Positions 10,809 through 22,489 of a DNA stretch of 49,797 nucleotides are shown here, piece by piece. The stretch lies in assembly GCA_040357565.1 (NCBI GenBank), contig JBDODJ010000078.1; one strand, given 5' to 3'. The notes below the pieces were generated by a model. It ran no database searches and was not told the origin of the DNA. It saw nothing but the letters and a program-made list of their open reading frames with translations. The stretch is from Cercozoa sp. M6MM. Its lineage: Eukaryota > Protista > Endomyxa: Ascetosporea. Both the position numbers and the translations under genes were made by a program. How positions within the stretch are numbered: position 1 is the stretch's first letter; the number at the start of each line of letters is the position of its first letter.

Positions 10809-13800
10809 TCACCCTCGCGTTCGGTCACCGGCAGAGAGAGACTCGAGTTCGTCGCCAAAGTTCAGATCGAGTGTGTCAGTGCTGACGTCTTCGCGTTTCG
10901 GAAAAGTCGACAGCGACAGTTTGTTCCGACAGTCGGACGCGGCGTGGCGAACAGCGATGACGTGCGACTGTTCCGACACCGACGTAGTCTCATCGTTCAA
11001 GGACAACTCGATCATGCAGGGACTGGAGTTCTTCTTGCCGAGAGATGGGCATTGGCGAAACTGCGACAGTATCGACTGCAACAACACGCCAAGTTAGTCC
11101 AACTTATGAGCATTTAAAGGAAAAAGACAGCCGTACCTGCAAGCGCATGTCACGAAGCGACAGGCGTCCGTGACCCACATCGAGCGACCCTCCAGCTGAC
11201 CAAAAGTGTGTGTCCTCAAAACTCAACAAGTTGTATCATAAAGCTACCTCGGTGCCAGTGACTTTGGAAGGCCGAATTCACCGCCAAGGCCGACAGTTGC
11301 ACAAACCGCCTGTCCCAAGGTAGGACCCACCTTCTCCAAAACTACTTGCCTTGCAGGAAGATGTACCTACTGCGAGAGCAACTGCAACACACACGAAAGC
11401 AGCGTGAGTTCAAGTAGAACGACAGATGACCCTATGCAGGACACGATAGACCAACGACGCAACTTAAGGAACGATGTACCACGCCGAATCCGCACAGACA
11501 GGCAACGCAGAGAAAGAAGTGCGTGACACTGTCATACACAATGATATAGTAGTCAGAGTAGTATAATTTATGTGCGGACAAAGAAGACACTACGAATGTT
11601 CCGTCAAGGCAGCGTGCGTGGCAGCAGCGAGCACGACGCAGCAGCAGCCAGTGACCAGCAGCAGCACGCTTGAACTCCGCAGCAGCGTCTTGCAGCTGTT
11701 GCGCCAGAAGCCTGGGAGCTACAGTACTCGCAAGCAGAGTTACCTCGCGCAAAGATACTTCCAAAATACTCTGACACTGCGGTCGAGCAAGGAGGGAGGT
11801 CTACCTGATGCCACAGCCAGTTGTTTCGCAGTTGACAAAAGCAGCGCCACAGCACCACACCGGCGTAGCACAGAGTCACAGCGAGTGCTGTCCACGCAAG
11901 TGTGAGTGCAGCGAAGACCAGGCCGGGTGGAAGAGTCGCATGCAGCGCAGTCACATGCAGCACCAACATGGCAGCAGTCAGACAGAGCATTGAGTCGGCA
12001 AGCACACGCGACACGGCCGAGGCACCGTAGTTCTCGGTGCCCTGACCTCGCAGTTCGATGTGCTCGCAGTCCTCATCCACACTGACGTCGTCGTTGTGCC
12101 GGCTGACTTGCATGCGGTGCAGTTGCACATCGAGAATGCGACTGTCGCGCTTGCTGAACACGCTGAAGGACACGTGTAGTTGCAGTGTCGCCACACTGGC
12201 CTGCGAGTCCAATGCAGTGCATTAATTGGGAGACTGATCACACTCGAGTGTTGACAGAGTGACACGAACTGACGTACCGCAAGAATAGCAGCACACGCAG
12301 CGATCGGCAGCGGCAGCATCGAGGACTCCGAGTGCTCGTGCTGTCGCGACCGACCGGCGCTGACACTCGAGTCGCGCTCGTCCTCGTCACTGCTCAGCAG
12401 CACTGGCAGCGACGTGATCAACGCGCACGCCACTCCGATGGCTACCTACGAGGGGAGGTACCTAGCTACTTGGAGGGGTGCAACAAAGGGAGTGTTGTAC
12501 TGCCAGGACCAGACTCATCGCGGGGTCTCTCCTGTGTGCGTGTTGAAACTGTAGGTCCAACAAAGGCAGACTGATGGAGGGTGGAGAGACACTACGAGCA
12601 AGGCTGCCGACGGGAGGAAGCGAAGCGACCAAAGGCGATGAGACAGAGCAGCGAGACGACGCCGGCGATACAGCAGGCGACGAGTGACATCCAGAAGGTG
12701 AAGGGATCACGCGTCTTTTTCTTGTTGTTGCTGCTGTTGTCGCTGTTGCTGTTGTTGGCAAGTACTGCTTGCTTTTCTTCTTCTTCTTCAACTGCCTTCT
12801 CTTCTTCTTCTCCAAACGTTCTCTCCTCTTCTTCTTCTGCCTTCTCTTCTTCTTCTCCCTTCTCTTCTTCTTCTTTCTCTTCTTCTTCTCCCTTCTCTTC
12901 TTCTTCTCCTTTCTCTTCTTCTTCTTCTGCCTCCTCCTCTTCTTGCGCTTTCTCTCCTGCTTCTCGGTGTGTTCCTACCGGTGCAATCAGTTGAGATCCT
13001 GCTAGTTGACAGTAAGCGAGGTACCTCTCTCGGGCAGACGGAACGGTTGGTACAGCACGGACAAGGCCTCGAGCGGAAGTGGCTGCACCGACACAGTTGC
13101 CACGTGTCTCACCGTCCTGTCACCGATCGTGGTCACTCGAGTGCTGTGCACGTGCAGCAGCACCGTCAGTCGGACCGCTGCATCGGCCTCCTCTGGTCGC
13201 CTGTAACTTTATTGCAAAGCACTCCTTTTCACAGACTCCGCAAAAGCCAGACAAGCCAGAATTACGGTGCTATCAGTGTCAAGTGGTTCTGCCTGTTTCT
13301 CAGAGAGAAGCGTTTCTCGTGATTGACTGTCACTTGTGTGATCTGCTTGACCGAGAGTGACCTGCTGACAAATACACTGTAACCTACTGACCCTAGAACA
13401 CAGCCAACTTAACCAAACTGGAAGGTCAGAAAATCCATACGGAAATTGGGTCAGGCTCGGCGGCAGTGTTGTCGGAAGCAGCAGCTGCGCGATCGTTGTT
13501 TCTTCCGGAACCGCGTCGAGAAAGGAGCGAACTTGCGCCACTTCGCACAGATCTGTTTCAGCAGATAAAACGGTGAGCAAACTGAAGAGACCAATGAGAT
13601 ACTGGATAGAATTGAAAGCTGCACGAACGATTCAAGCAGACACAGCGCAGAATCGGCTCAGCTGGCAACGGAAGCTGCGCTCGCAGCAAGAGTTCGACCT
13701 GACTGAGTTGAGCGCCGACTCGAACAGCGGCAGCTCCAGTGTTGTCCGAGTTGAAGCAAGGCACTTCTCTGTCCAGCCAGTCTTCGATCGAGATTGGGTC

Positions 13801-14720
13801 CCTTCGATGCTTGCGCAGAGACAACGTCATCCTCGTGGTCTCTAATTTTACAATCAATCCAACCAAAAGACAATGAGGCCTGAACTGCCTGACTGGTACA
13901 GTGACCGTACTGGACTGACTGACTGTGTCGTCGTTGCTGTGATTCTGCAGCACGAGATCGTAGTGTTCGGTAAGAGGTTTCGCCAGCACTGTGAGACTTT
14001 CGGAGAAGGCTTCGGCGGCGAATTTGTTCGTCTGATCGGCGTGCTGTTGTCGGTCCAGTGCCATGTTGTGCACCACCAGATCGATCGGCACTGACTCGGC
14101 TTCCTCGCGGGTTGCCTCAGCAGTGTCTTCCTGCTCACACAAATGATACTGCAGAACGATACAGAAACTGGTATTCGGGTTTACAGTTGGAAGCGACTCG
14201 CAGTTCAGAACAATCTCAGCAAAGTCGTGAAACACGGTGATTGTCTCGAATTCACGCAACTCGGTCCCGGGAGGTTTCGCTCTCGGAGAAGACTATCGCT
14301 GGGACTCGCCCAGCGTTGCGGTTCGTTCTTCCTTAACCGCAAAGATTTGGTCCTCAAAAAGCGAGCACGATACCGAAAGCAGACACTGTTGTCGCGTGAG
14401 AGCAGTCACGTCCGACTGGAACATGTCGAACGCTCTCGCAAACACTGTAGCCGCTCGGTCTCGGCCTAAGTTGTCCTGTTGTTGGACAGGAAAGATGTCT
14501 CTCATGTTGTTCTTGAACCAGCGTGAAGTGTCGACATCGGGAGATACACTGGCGGCACACTACAACACCCCACACACACGGTCAAATCGGTTCTGCAATC
14601 ACACAACAGAGGACACTGATCGAAACGTCAAAGACTGGCGGGAACCGAACTGAAAGAACCCACCAGCGTGCCAGTGAGCACGTGTAGCCCGAGCAGCCAC
14701 AAAAGACGGATACACAGCAT
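10809..14720 (-). CDS. Uncharacterised multi-pass membrane protein: signal peptide, large luminal region, poly-Glu linker, several TM helices
   Basis: MLCIRLLWLLGLHVLTGTL at 14720; long exon 13558-14259; hydrophobic segments FWMSLVACCIAGVVSLLCLIAF, VAIGVACALITSLPVLL, MLPLPIAACAAILAV, LCLTAAMLVLHV, GLVFAALTLAWTALAVTLCYAGVVLW. The last three exons join in frame and end at the stop at 10809. Could be two genes. Confidence 0.55.
12772..12945 (-). repeat. Purine-rich coding repeat (GAA/GAG) encoding an (E)nK/G acidic linker
   Basis: TTC/CTC-rich run on the plus strand; minus translation EEEAEEEEKGEEEEKGEEEEK... Confidence 0.9.
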
Positions 14721-14959
14721 CTACAAGTTTTCGTAGCAAGCTACCCCTGAGCGTGTAAGGGCACGCGCGGGTTTTACCTTCTATCGAACTACGAATCCGA
14801 GGTGCACGCCCACGTCACGCCGCTTTTCCAGTTGTGAGGTCAGAACTATGAACGTCCGAAACCCGATACCTGCGGCTCACTGTTACTTTTAAAATTAATT
14901 CATATGTAAGTTAGAATAACAAAGTAACATAGTACTGTGTTATTCTTACATTATGTGTG

Positions 14960-15901
14960 ATGAAACGCCTCCGCTGGGACGGTGCCAAAAACGCTAATAG
15001 AATACGATACAGCCTAAAACGGTGCCGACTCGCTTCCATCGTAGCAGATGACAGAGCGCTTCACATATGCGCTGCTGCGGCGCAGTTGCGTCAACGCAGA
15101 GTGCGAGTACGCAACGATGTTTCGACTTTCGCTGGAAAAGTGAGTTGTTTCCTTTCGACTTTTTTCACGCATCGAACACCTCTGATACCATACGATTGTT
15201 GCGTAGAACCGACTTGAGTCGCTTTGATTTTTCAACCTTTCCGGGATCGAACCTGACGAACTGCGTCGAAATCGATCTTTCCGACACGTACTGTACTGCC
15301 AAAATGTGTGAATCGAAGTTAGTATACTGTCACGGTAGAAACCTGACTGGAAGTCAAATTGCTAAAACACGATGGCCTCCGACGCTACGGCGTTTGTATC
15401 TCAGAAATAACGACAGGATAACTGCTCTTTCGCCTTGGATAGAAAGCCTGGAGCATACGTCGATCCGACGACTTTGCTTGGAGGGCACTGGCATCACAGA
15501 ACTCAATGACAACGACCTCGCTGACTTGAGCAGAGTCAGAACTCTAACGGCACTCGTACTGCCTGCTGAGCTGGCTGAGCAAGCAACGCTGCGACAGAGA
15601 GTTCGCACTGCACTTCCCTCGATACAATCCATCAACGACATTCCTCTCGACTGTGTCGAGTACGACGAACTGACGCGCATTGTGGGCGAAGTTGAGCGCG
15701 CCAACACCGATGAATCGAAACAAGCTGACTGTACCATTTTAGTTTTAAACGAAAGGTGCGGTACTGTCGTAAAATAACTGTACCTGGAACAAAATGCAAG
15801 TAGACAACCAACTGAGCGAATCGGTGAGTGACGCGTTGCAGGCCTCGATCGAATCACTTCACACAGCGTTGCGTCGATCCACCAGCACGACTGTAGCTTG
15901 A
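14960..15901 (+). CDS. Small intracellular leucine-rich-repeat protein, spliced
   Basis: LRR-type units CVEIDLSDT, TLRRLYLRNNDRIT, SIRRLCLEGTGIT, TLTALVLP; last exon DNQLSES...TTVA* after a phase-1 intron. Confidence 0.7.
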
Positions 15902-16286
15902 GAGTCTAGCAGTTATTTCAGACTCGGGCAACCAAAAGTTGCCACAGTGTCGAAGGACAACCAGCCTCCCAGCAGGCACTGGGCCGAGAGGTCTCCGACA
16001 TAGACTTAGGGCCTATGAGTGGTTAAGTCTTGTCCATGTGTTTGTTTTGTTTAGTGATCGAGTGGAGAGACGGGAGGACGACGACGGGACGACCCGACGC
16101 CGCCTGCAACGCCTCTCTAAACTTACTTGTAGCCCGCTACCTGCTCCAACCATGAAGTCTACTTCGTTGTCCTACCCTAAGCGTGCGCTAGGCACGGCCA
16201 TGCTCTTGTGGCCTACCCCGGACAGGTGCAGGGAACTACTTAGTTGGTTTCCTAGAAGACTCAACGAACTAACTAAAATATAGTGT

Positions 16287-16771
16287 TGTTACAGACTGAC
16301 TCAGATTATGCAGTCTCCGCGAGGATGAACCCAGACAGACCAGTTGGTCCACTATCATTGAAGCAAAAGAGAAAGAAGAGTTAAGAGTTTGTGGCTCTGC
16401 GGTACTACTGCCTATAGAGCTGTGACTGGACCTGTCTGAAAGCCTGTCCCTGCAGATTGAGCCTGCCAGTTGGCAAAGAGAAAACCTCATCTACTTGGCA
16501 TCAGCTGGTCAGTTGCTCTGCAGTTTGTACTGATATCCACCTCTACAAGTAAGCATTGGCTGCTGTAGAGAGAAGGGGTTTTTTAATCTTCTCACGATTT
16601 TCCCCTGCGACGGAAGTTTCCGTCTACAACTCCGTCTAGTTTGACGTAAGAACCCAGTTGGGGTAATTCTTCACTTCGCTTCTACTAACTGAACCATTGA
16701 TTCCCTCGCTTCGTCTAATTGACGACTTACTTCTTTTATTTAGTTCTTTTCACTGACAACCGTCAGTAACA
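16287..16771. mobile_element. Solo LTR-like element (485 bp) with 4-bp TSD GTGT
   Basis: Starts TGTTACAGAC and ends GTCAGTAACA (9/10 inverted match); GTGT at 16283-16286 and 16772-16775; last ~38 bp identical to 48877-48914. Confidence 0.8.
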
Positions 16772-16842
16772 GTGTTTTGAAATAATTGGATGACATTCTT
16801 CACTGCGGCGACTCCGTTATTTAAATTGTTGGCAGGATCACT

Positions 16843-16882
16843 GGACCCAGAAGAAGTCGAAGACCCAGAAGAAGTCGAAGAT
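16843..16882. repeat. 18-bp tandem duplication GACCCAGAAGAAGTCGAA x2
   Basis: Directly visible. Confidence 0.9.
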
Positions 16883-17104
16883 AACCTGTCAGGCACAAAG
16901 CCGAGTGAGTAGAATCGTGCAGTACTAAAAGTATTATCCGCATACAGCCGAGCACAAATACGGTTCTTGCAGCCGATTAAACCAGCGTACCGCTTGGAAC
17001 CTTCGGGGGTTCAACTGCCTGAAGGCTCTTGTTGTTCGACACGAGAGCGGTAGCAAAAAACAATGCTCGCATTTCAGTTTTGAATTCTACGTTCAAACAG
17101 AACA

Positions 17105-17760
17105 TTAAACTGCTTCTGGATATTGTGGCATAGACAAGATAATACGTTTAGTTTATAGTACCGTTGGTCGACTCTTGAAGTCTTTTCTGCGAATCTGTCA
17201 AAACCCGCGTAAGTTCTCTTTTGGTAGAGCCAAAGGGAGAAGCCCCGAGCGAGGTAGTACCGTCGGTCGACTCTTGGAGTCTTTTCTGCAATTCTGTCAA
17301 AACTCGCTTAAGTTGCTTTTTGTTCAATAGCGTTCCCAGCGCGTCCCCTCCGAGCAAGGATAATGTACCTTCTGCAGAACGGAGGAGTCTCTCTTCAAAC
17401 TCTATTGGAGAACAAGCAACATCATTGCAAAACATCAAAATCAAACTCAAAGCTCGGTTTTACTTTCTGCACGCTTTTCGACCCGATTTTCCACCATCAG
17501 GTATGTGCACACTGAAGCAAATCCGAACGTGAACAGGATCGGGATCTTGTATTGCGACAGCTTGGCATTTGTATAGCTGAGCCAGTCGTCGAACTTTATT
17601 TGCACACGCTGCGGTTCCGAAGAAGAAAATACGTCTCCGGCTAGAGCAATTCGAGTTTTGAAGCAGAACAACTTTGTTTAAATACCACCGGACAAGCGGG
17701 CATCGGTACCTTCAAACCGCGGCGCGTGCACAAACTCCGCCGAATAGCGCTCCGAATCAT
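17105..17760 (-). CDS. Small single-TM protein, possibly mitochondrial, with a duplicated coiled-coil exon
   Basis: Arg-rich, acid-free N-terminus MIRSAIRRSLCTRRGLK; TM IPILFTFGFASVCTYLMV; repeated LxRVLTxxQKRLQEST; final exon EAV*. Confidence 0.5.
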
Positions 17761-18003
17761 GGGCGACTTGAGCTTAATGCGCCTGGAACAACAGAACAGC
17801 TCTGCGCGGATGAATTAATAATGACAAAAATTTTGCCGGCTTTTAAGGGCGCGTTCTCGAGAGTGAAACATGTGCAGCCGCTTTATGAGACTGATGCTTT
17901 TTTTAAAATCAAAGATAGCAACACGCACGTGCATAAATTGTTATGCGCTTGCTAAAGCATACAAAATCTTTACTATGCGCTGCGCCGTTTGCGAATTTTC
18001 GAG

Positions 18004-20523
18004 TTATTTTGGAGTCGTTGTGGTCGCATGAATGTGCTCGCTTGCGGCAATAACTTTGCGGAATTCAAACACGGCAGGCTGCGTGCAACACAGGACTTGT
18101 CGCACTGTCTCGACGTAGCGCGCACTTGTCTCCTTTGGTTGCTCGTGGTCCACAAGCTTGCTTTCGATGCAGCAGCGCCGCAACGATGAGTGCGATAGCT
18201 GTTGCACCCAGGGATTACCGTCCTGCTCTGCGGCATTGCTGGTCGTGTCGTGTTGTTCCTTCAGCGGTTGATCGGTGGCTTGATTGTTTTCACTGCCTCT
18301 GGAGATGCTGGATTCCTTGTCTGACGCCTCTTCTACAGGGAGCTGGTCCCTTGGAATCTGCAGCTCGTACTTCACTCGTTCGTGATTGTCGAGACAGCAA
18401 ATAATCTCGAGAAATCCGCGTTGTTCATTTTTTTCGAGTAACATCTACACAAGCGTTCAAATGAAGGCACCTTGAAAGTTGTCAGAAAAAATGTACAACA
18501 GAGAGCACCTCATGGGGTTGCAACGGTTTTCGAATCGCAATGCGCAGCTGTTGACGATGCCGCGTTGGGTTCTCACTGCAGTGCACACACAAACATCACT
18601 CTCAAAATCGTCACTTCGTGAAGTTGGCAGTACGAAGCACGTGCGTACTCGAGATCACAAGCACTGCGCGCCATTTCAACATAGCAACGACTGTCGAACT
18701 GCGCCGTCTTGAGAGCCGCATTTACGAGGCCACAGGAGGCGTCGCAAGGCAAGCGGAGAATGTCGATGCCTCGTTGTCGCAGGATATGAACAAGTTCGGG
18801 CACACTCAGACCGTCTTCGCGTTCGATGAGGTCAGAGAAGCGCGTGTCTGCAATTTTCTCTCCGTGCTTGATGAAGTAGACCTCAACGACTTGAACGCGG
18901 TGCTCGATGATTTCAAAAGCGACGCCGTGGTTTGACTCCAGTTCAAAGCGACACATTGTTCGCTCAGTGCCTCCCCTACAGCACGATACGAAACATGTAC
19001 GGTAAACACGAAACAATGTATGACAAGTAGTTTACGAAGGTGTGATGACCCAGTTTTGGAACCGAAGTTGCCTCTGTCGGTTGACACATAGAGAGAAATG
19101 ACAGACCCCTTTGTCGAGAACAAAGTTCACGGTCGGCACGCCGTCATCAGTGACGTGGAATTCGACGTTGGAGACACTCTCTTTCGTCCACTGTTGCGAC
19201 GCCTCGTCAAAGGTGACGACATGGAGCAAATGCATCATGTCGGCGAACTCAGCGCTCACACGACACTGCACCGCCAAGCTACCGACAGAAGCACGCTGAA
19301 ACACATCGTCTTTCGCACTTGTGATGGCGCGCATTTTTATTGTGCCGCCTCGCACGCGCATGGTCGGTGCAAACTCAGGCACTTGGTACGCTGCGAGCTC
19401 GTACTGGTATCCGACAGGCAACCATTTCTGTGCGACTTCGATTGGATGCTGAGTTCGTTCCTCCTTGAGCTACACTCACCGATAGACACTGCAGATTTGA
19501 TGCTGTACAAAAAGAATAAACCTTACGTCTGTCAGTTCGGCAGCTGTCACAAAACGATCGCTCTCAGCAGTTTGCTCGCTCGTGCCGAGTTGCAGCAGAG
19601 TCTTCAAATTCAGCTTGTTTGCAAGAAGCCGGTAGTACACTCTGTGAGCGAATTCCAGAATCTGGGATGTAAGCAAAGACTAGTGCTCAGTTATCGAAGA
19701 AACAAGGACACCTTTGTTTTTCGTCTTGCGAATCGAGCGGCGCCAGCGTCACTTCGAGATTGTTACCGTCGGAAAACGTCACATCCATCGTCTCCTTTGA
19801 ATCCCGACAGAAGAATCCTACAAACGAGTCGTCTTGCGCATGGTTTTCACTGATACCCTCGTCGGTGACGGCACTTTCGAAGGCATGGCTTCTAATAACT
19901 GCCCGATCGAAGGTCTCGATACGGCTGTCTCGCAAGTCTAACAATCGGCGCATGGCGGCTCGGAGGGTTTGCACACTCTTGGTTGGAGAAAGGTGCGCTT
20001 CGAGGATCCAGGTTTCGCGCAGCATCTCCTCCATCAGTTTCTGCTCTTTGAAGAACGATTCGACAATTTCGAGAAGTGTCCGTGTTGGATCAAGGTTCGG
20101 CGCATTGTCTTTGATTTGCCAGATGAGCTTGTCGATCGAAAGTTCGTCACAAACGATGTCTTCTTTGCACGCTAGATAGTTCTCCCATTCGGTGAGGGCC
20201 TTTTCTGCTTCGGTTTCTTGCTGCACGCGCTTCACGTGTGACTCGAGCCATGCGTCTTGATCATCCTCTGCGCGCTCTGCCGTCAGCCGAGCGTGCTCCT
20301 CGCGCTGTCTTTCCTCGAGCAGACGAGCCTCTTCTTCGGCCCGCTTTCGTGCGGCCTCTTCTGCCTCTAGACGTGCGGCTTCCTCGGCCGCTTTCTCTAA
20401 AAGACAAAGCTTGCTTTGTTTCCGAACGAAATGATTTACAAAGGTACAGAGGAGTGATTTACTTGCTGCCAGCTTGCTCTGTTTGGTGGACTTTCCCTTC
20501 TTGGCTTTTGGCTTGGATGACAT
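18004..20523 (-). CDS. DNAI7: Axonemal dynein intermediate chain 7 / IC97 / CASC1 homologue
   Basis: Lys-rich start MSSKPKAKKGK, E/R/A coiled coil, EWENYLAC (Casc1_N signature), FDEASQQWTKESVSNVEF...HFSLCVNRQRQLRFQNW, ELVHILRQRGIDI, YVETVRQVLCCTQ, all in CASC1 family order. Confidence 0.82.
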
Positions 20524-20937
20524 GATTCGCTTCCTTCTCACCGTACACACGCTAGACCCAGAGATAGTGGGATGCGTATTGCCTATCAGGCCTAAAGGCC
20601 AACCGAAATGAGTGCTATTTTCTCACCTCCGCGCGGAGGTGGAACTCCTATGACGGACGGGAGTTCAACTGAATACACGACAGGTGTCACAGTAGAGTTG
20701 AGTCTTATAACCACCATCGCATGCAGTAGTTTCCCTGCATCAGCGTCGGGTGTGAGTACAGTGTTTCTTTTCAGTGTTTCTTTTCAGTTTGCACACTGAC
20801 AGGCGAAGCAATCGAAGGCAGTGCGCTCAGCAATTAGTTTTGGCTCCATGCACGCTCAACGCAAAGCTCGTCCTAGTTTGCAGCGACAAGAGACCGAGAA
20901 AAAACGACAGCCCGCCATGACTGCTTGCTCGGGCAGG

Positions 20938-21326
20938 CTACGCGTGGTTGGTCGGCCGCGAGCGGCGCCTCCGTGCCTTGGGCTTGGCGCCGCTCTGCGC
21001 TGGGCCAAAGGCGGGTCGCCGACGGTTGCGCGTGTCGCCCTGCTTGCTGCGCCGCTTCTTGCGCGCGGGCGCCTCGTCGACCGGCTGCTCGAGGGCGTCG
21101 CTGGCGACACGGCCGTCGTCCTGACGCACGTGCTGCCTGACGCGCTTGCCGAGTGCCGTGTCCAGGTCGACCTGACACACGGAGGAGGCGCGTCGCTGCC
21201 GCACCTCGCCGAGGTCGTGTCCGCGCAGGAAGGCGCTGGCCATGCGGCGTGTGGCACTGCAGGCGTGCTGCGTCGACAGAGTCACGAGCTCCCACGCCGT
21301 CGCTGCCTGCGCGCCTGCCATGTCCT
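20938..21326 (-). CDS. 3' part of an uncharacterised gene with a basic C-terminus; 5' part lost in the gap
   Basis: GC-rich open frame after an acceptor (gtgtacag), with NLS-like PARKKRR. No family recognised. Confidence 0.45.
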
Positions 21327-21378
21327 GTACACACACACGCATACTTTGTATCTGTCTTCGATACATATATATATATAT

Positions 21379-21478
21379 NNNNNNNNNNNNNNNNNNNNNN
21401 NNNNNNNNNNNNNNNNNNNNNNNNNNNNNNNNNNNNNNNNNNNNNNNNNNNNNNNNNNNNNNNNNNNNNNNNNNNNNN
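21379..21478. other. Assembly gap (100 N)
   Basis: Run of N flanked by (AT)n and C-runs. Confidence 0.99.
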
Positions 21479-21897
21479 CCCCCTTTACCCCCCTGGCGCA
21501 GCGGCACTGCACTGCGTGCAGGTGGCGGCGAAAACAGCGCCGCTCGCAGTGCTGTCGACACCGGCGCTGCCCGAACTTCTGCTGGACCGCGATGGTAGCT
21601 CCCTTAATATTTTCGCATCCTTAATTAACTCTAAGCAAAGGCCTCCTTTATTGTAGCCACATTCGAGCACGCTGCCATGGAGATGAAGTGGAAGATCGCG
21701 CGTTTCCTGTCGCGTGTTCTCCCTGCCAATGACCGGCACGCTGCACTCGTGGTACTGCAGTACTGTCTTACCCCTCCCCCTCCCCCTCTATCTGACCCCC
21801 ACAACCCTCCTTCTGACAGGCGAGGTTCGCCGAGTACGCGCGGCAAGGCGTGTACTACCGCGCGCACGTGCCGCAGGTCATGACCGAGTCGGGCTAG
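21479..21897 (+). CDS. PSMD5: C-terminal exons of 26S proteasome assembly chaperone S5b
   Basis: Spliced ...TPALPELLLDRD-ATFEHAAMEMKWKIARFL...-ARFAEYARQGVYYRAHVPQVMTESG*, matching the PSMD5 C-terminal pattern (PGF.E..LDR..E..K...E.K ... GPYY). Confidence 0.7.
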
Positions 21898-22302
21898 TTT
21901 CCCTCGCCTGATGATAGATTAAGTTTAGCACACTGTACGTTCCGTTCAGTACAGCGACTTTGTATCTATCTAACTCACGCTAAACTCAACGTGTCGACGC
22001 GGTATTGCAGCACTACGGCCCTACGGCCTGGTACTAGACTACATGATAGTGTGCTGTACAGGTACATGTATGTCCGAACACAGGACACTGCTGGCCTAAA
22101 GTAACAGTTGTTTTAATTTTGTGAACTGACTAGATAGATCAGATCGATCGCTACCACACTTGTCCAAGAACGCTTCTAGATGCTTTCAGTGCTGATTGTG
22201 CTGTTTGCAGCAAGTGCAATGACTGGGTCTCGAGGAATCGCAGTTTGCGGTAGGTTTCAGTTTCAGCTTCAGTTTTCTGTCCGGTCCAGGTGGTCAGTTC
22301 AA

Positions 22303-22449
22303 ATGGCTACTCGATTCTTGACCTCAGAGTACCTTCGTTTGCTCGAGGAGCACTGCAACAGCATCTTTCTTTCCGACCCGACGTTGGCGAATCTCGAGCT
22401 GTGTTTAAAGTACGCTACTGTTACGAGAGAAACGAGTGTGTGCGCGCGC

Positions 22450-22489
<40 letters not shown>

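Noticed and set aside
10873-11097. Plus-strand ORF as a final protease exon
   Set aside because: The minus strand has an in-phase donor and acceptor making 10809-11077 the last exon of the convergent membrane gene; the protease can stop at 10759.
12581-13005. Poly-Ser and poly-Phe plus-strand ORFs
   Set aside because: Antisense shadows of the poly-Glu coding repeat.
19098-19853. Long opposite-strand ORFs (also 6347-6988, 20821-21624, 33873-34628)
   Set aside because: Antisense to well-supported genes, with no recognisable motifs.
20800-20870. AGCTTTGCG...AGCCAA (minus strand) resembling the U4 snRNA 5' end
   Set aside because: The match is too short and there is no convincing U6-pairing region or Sm site.
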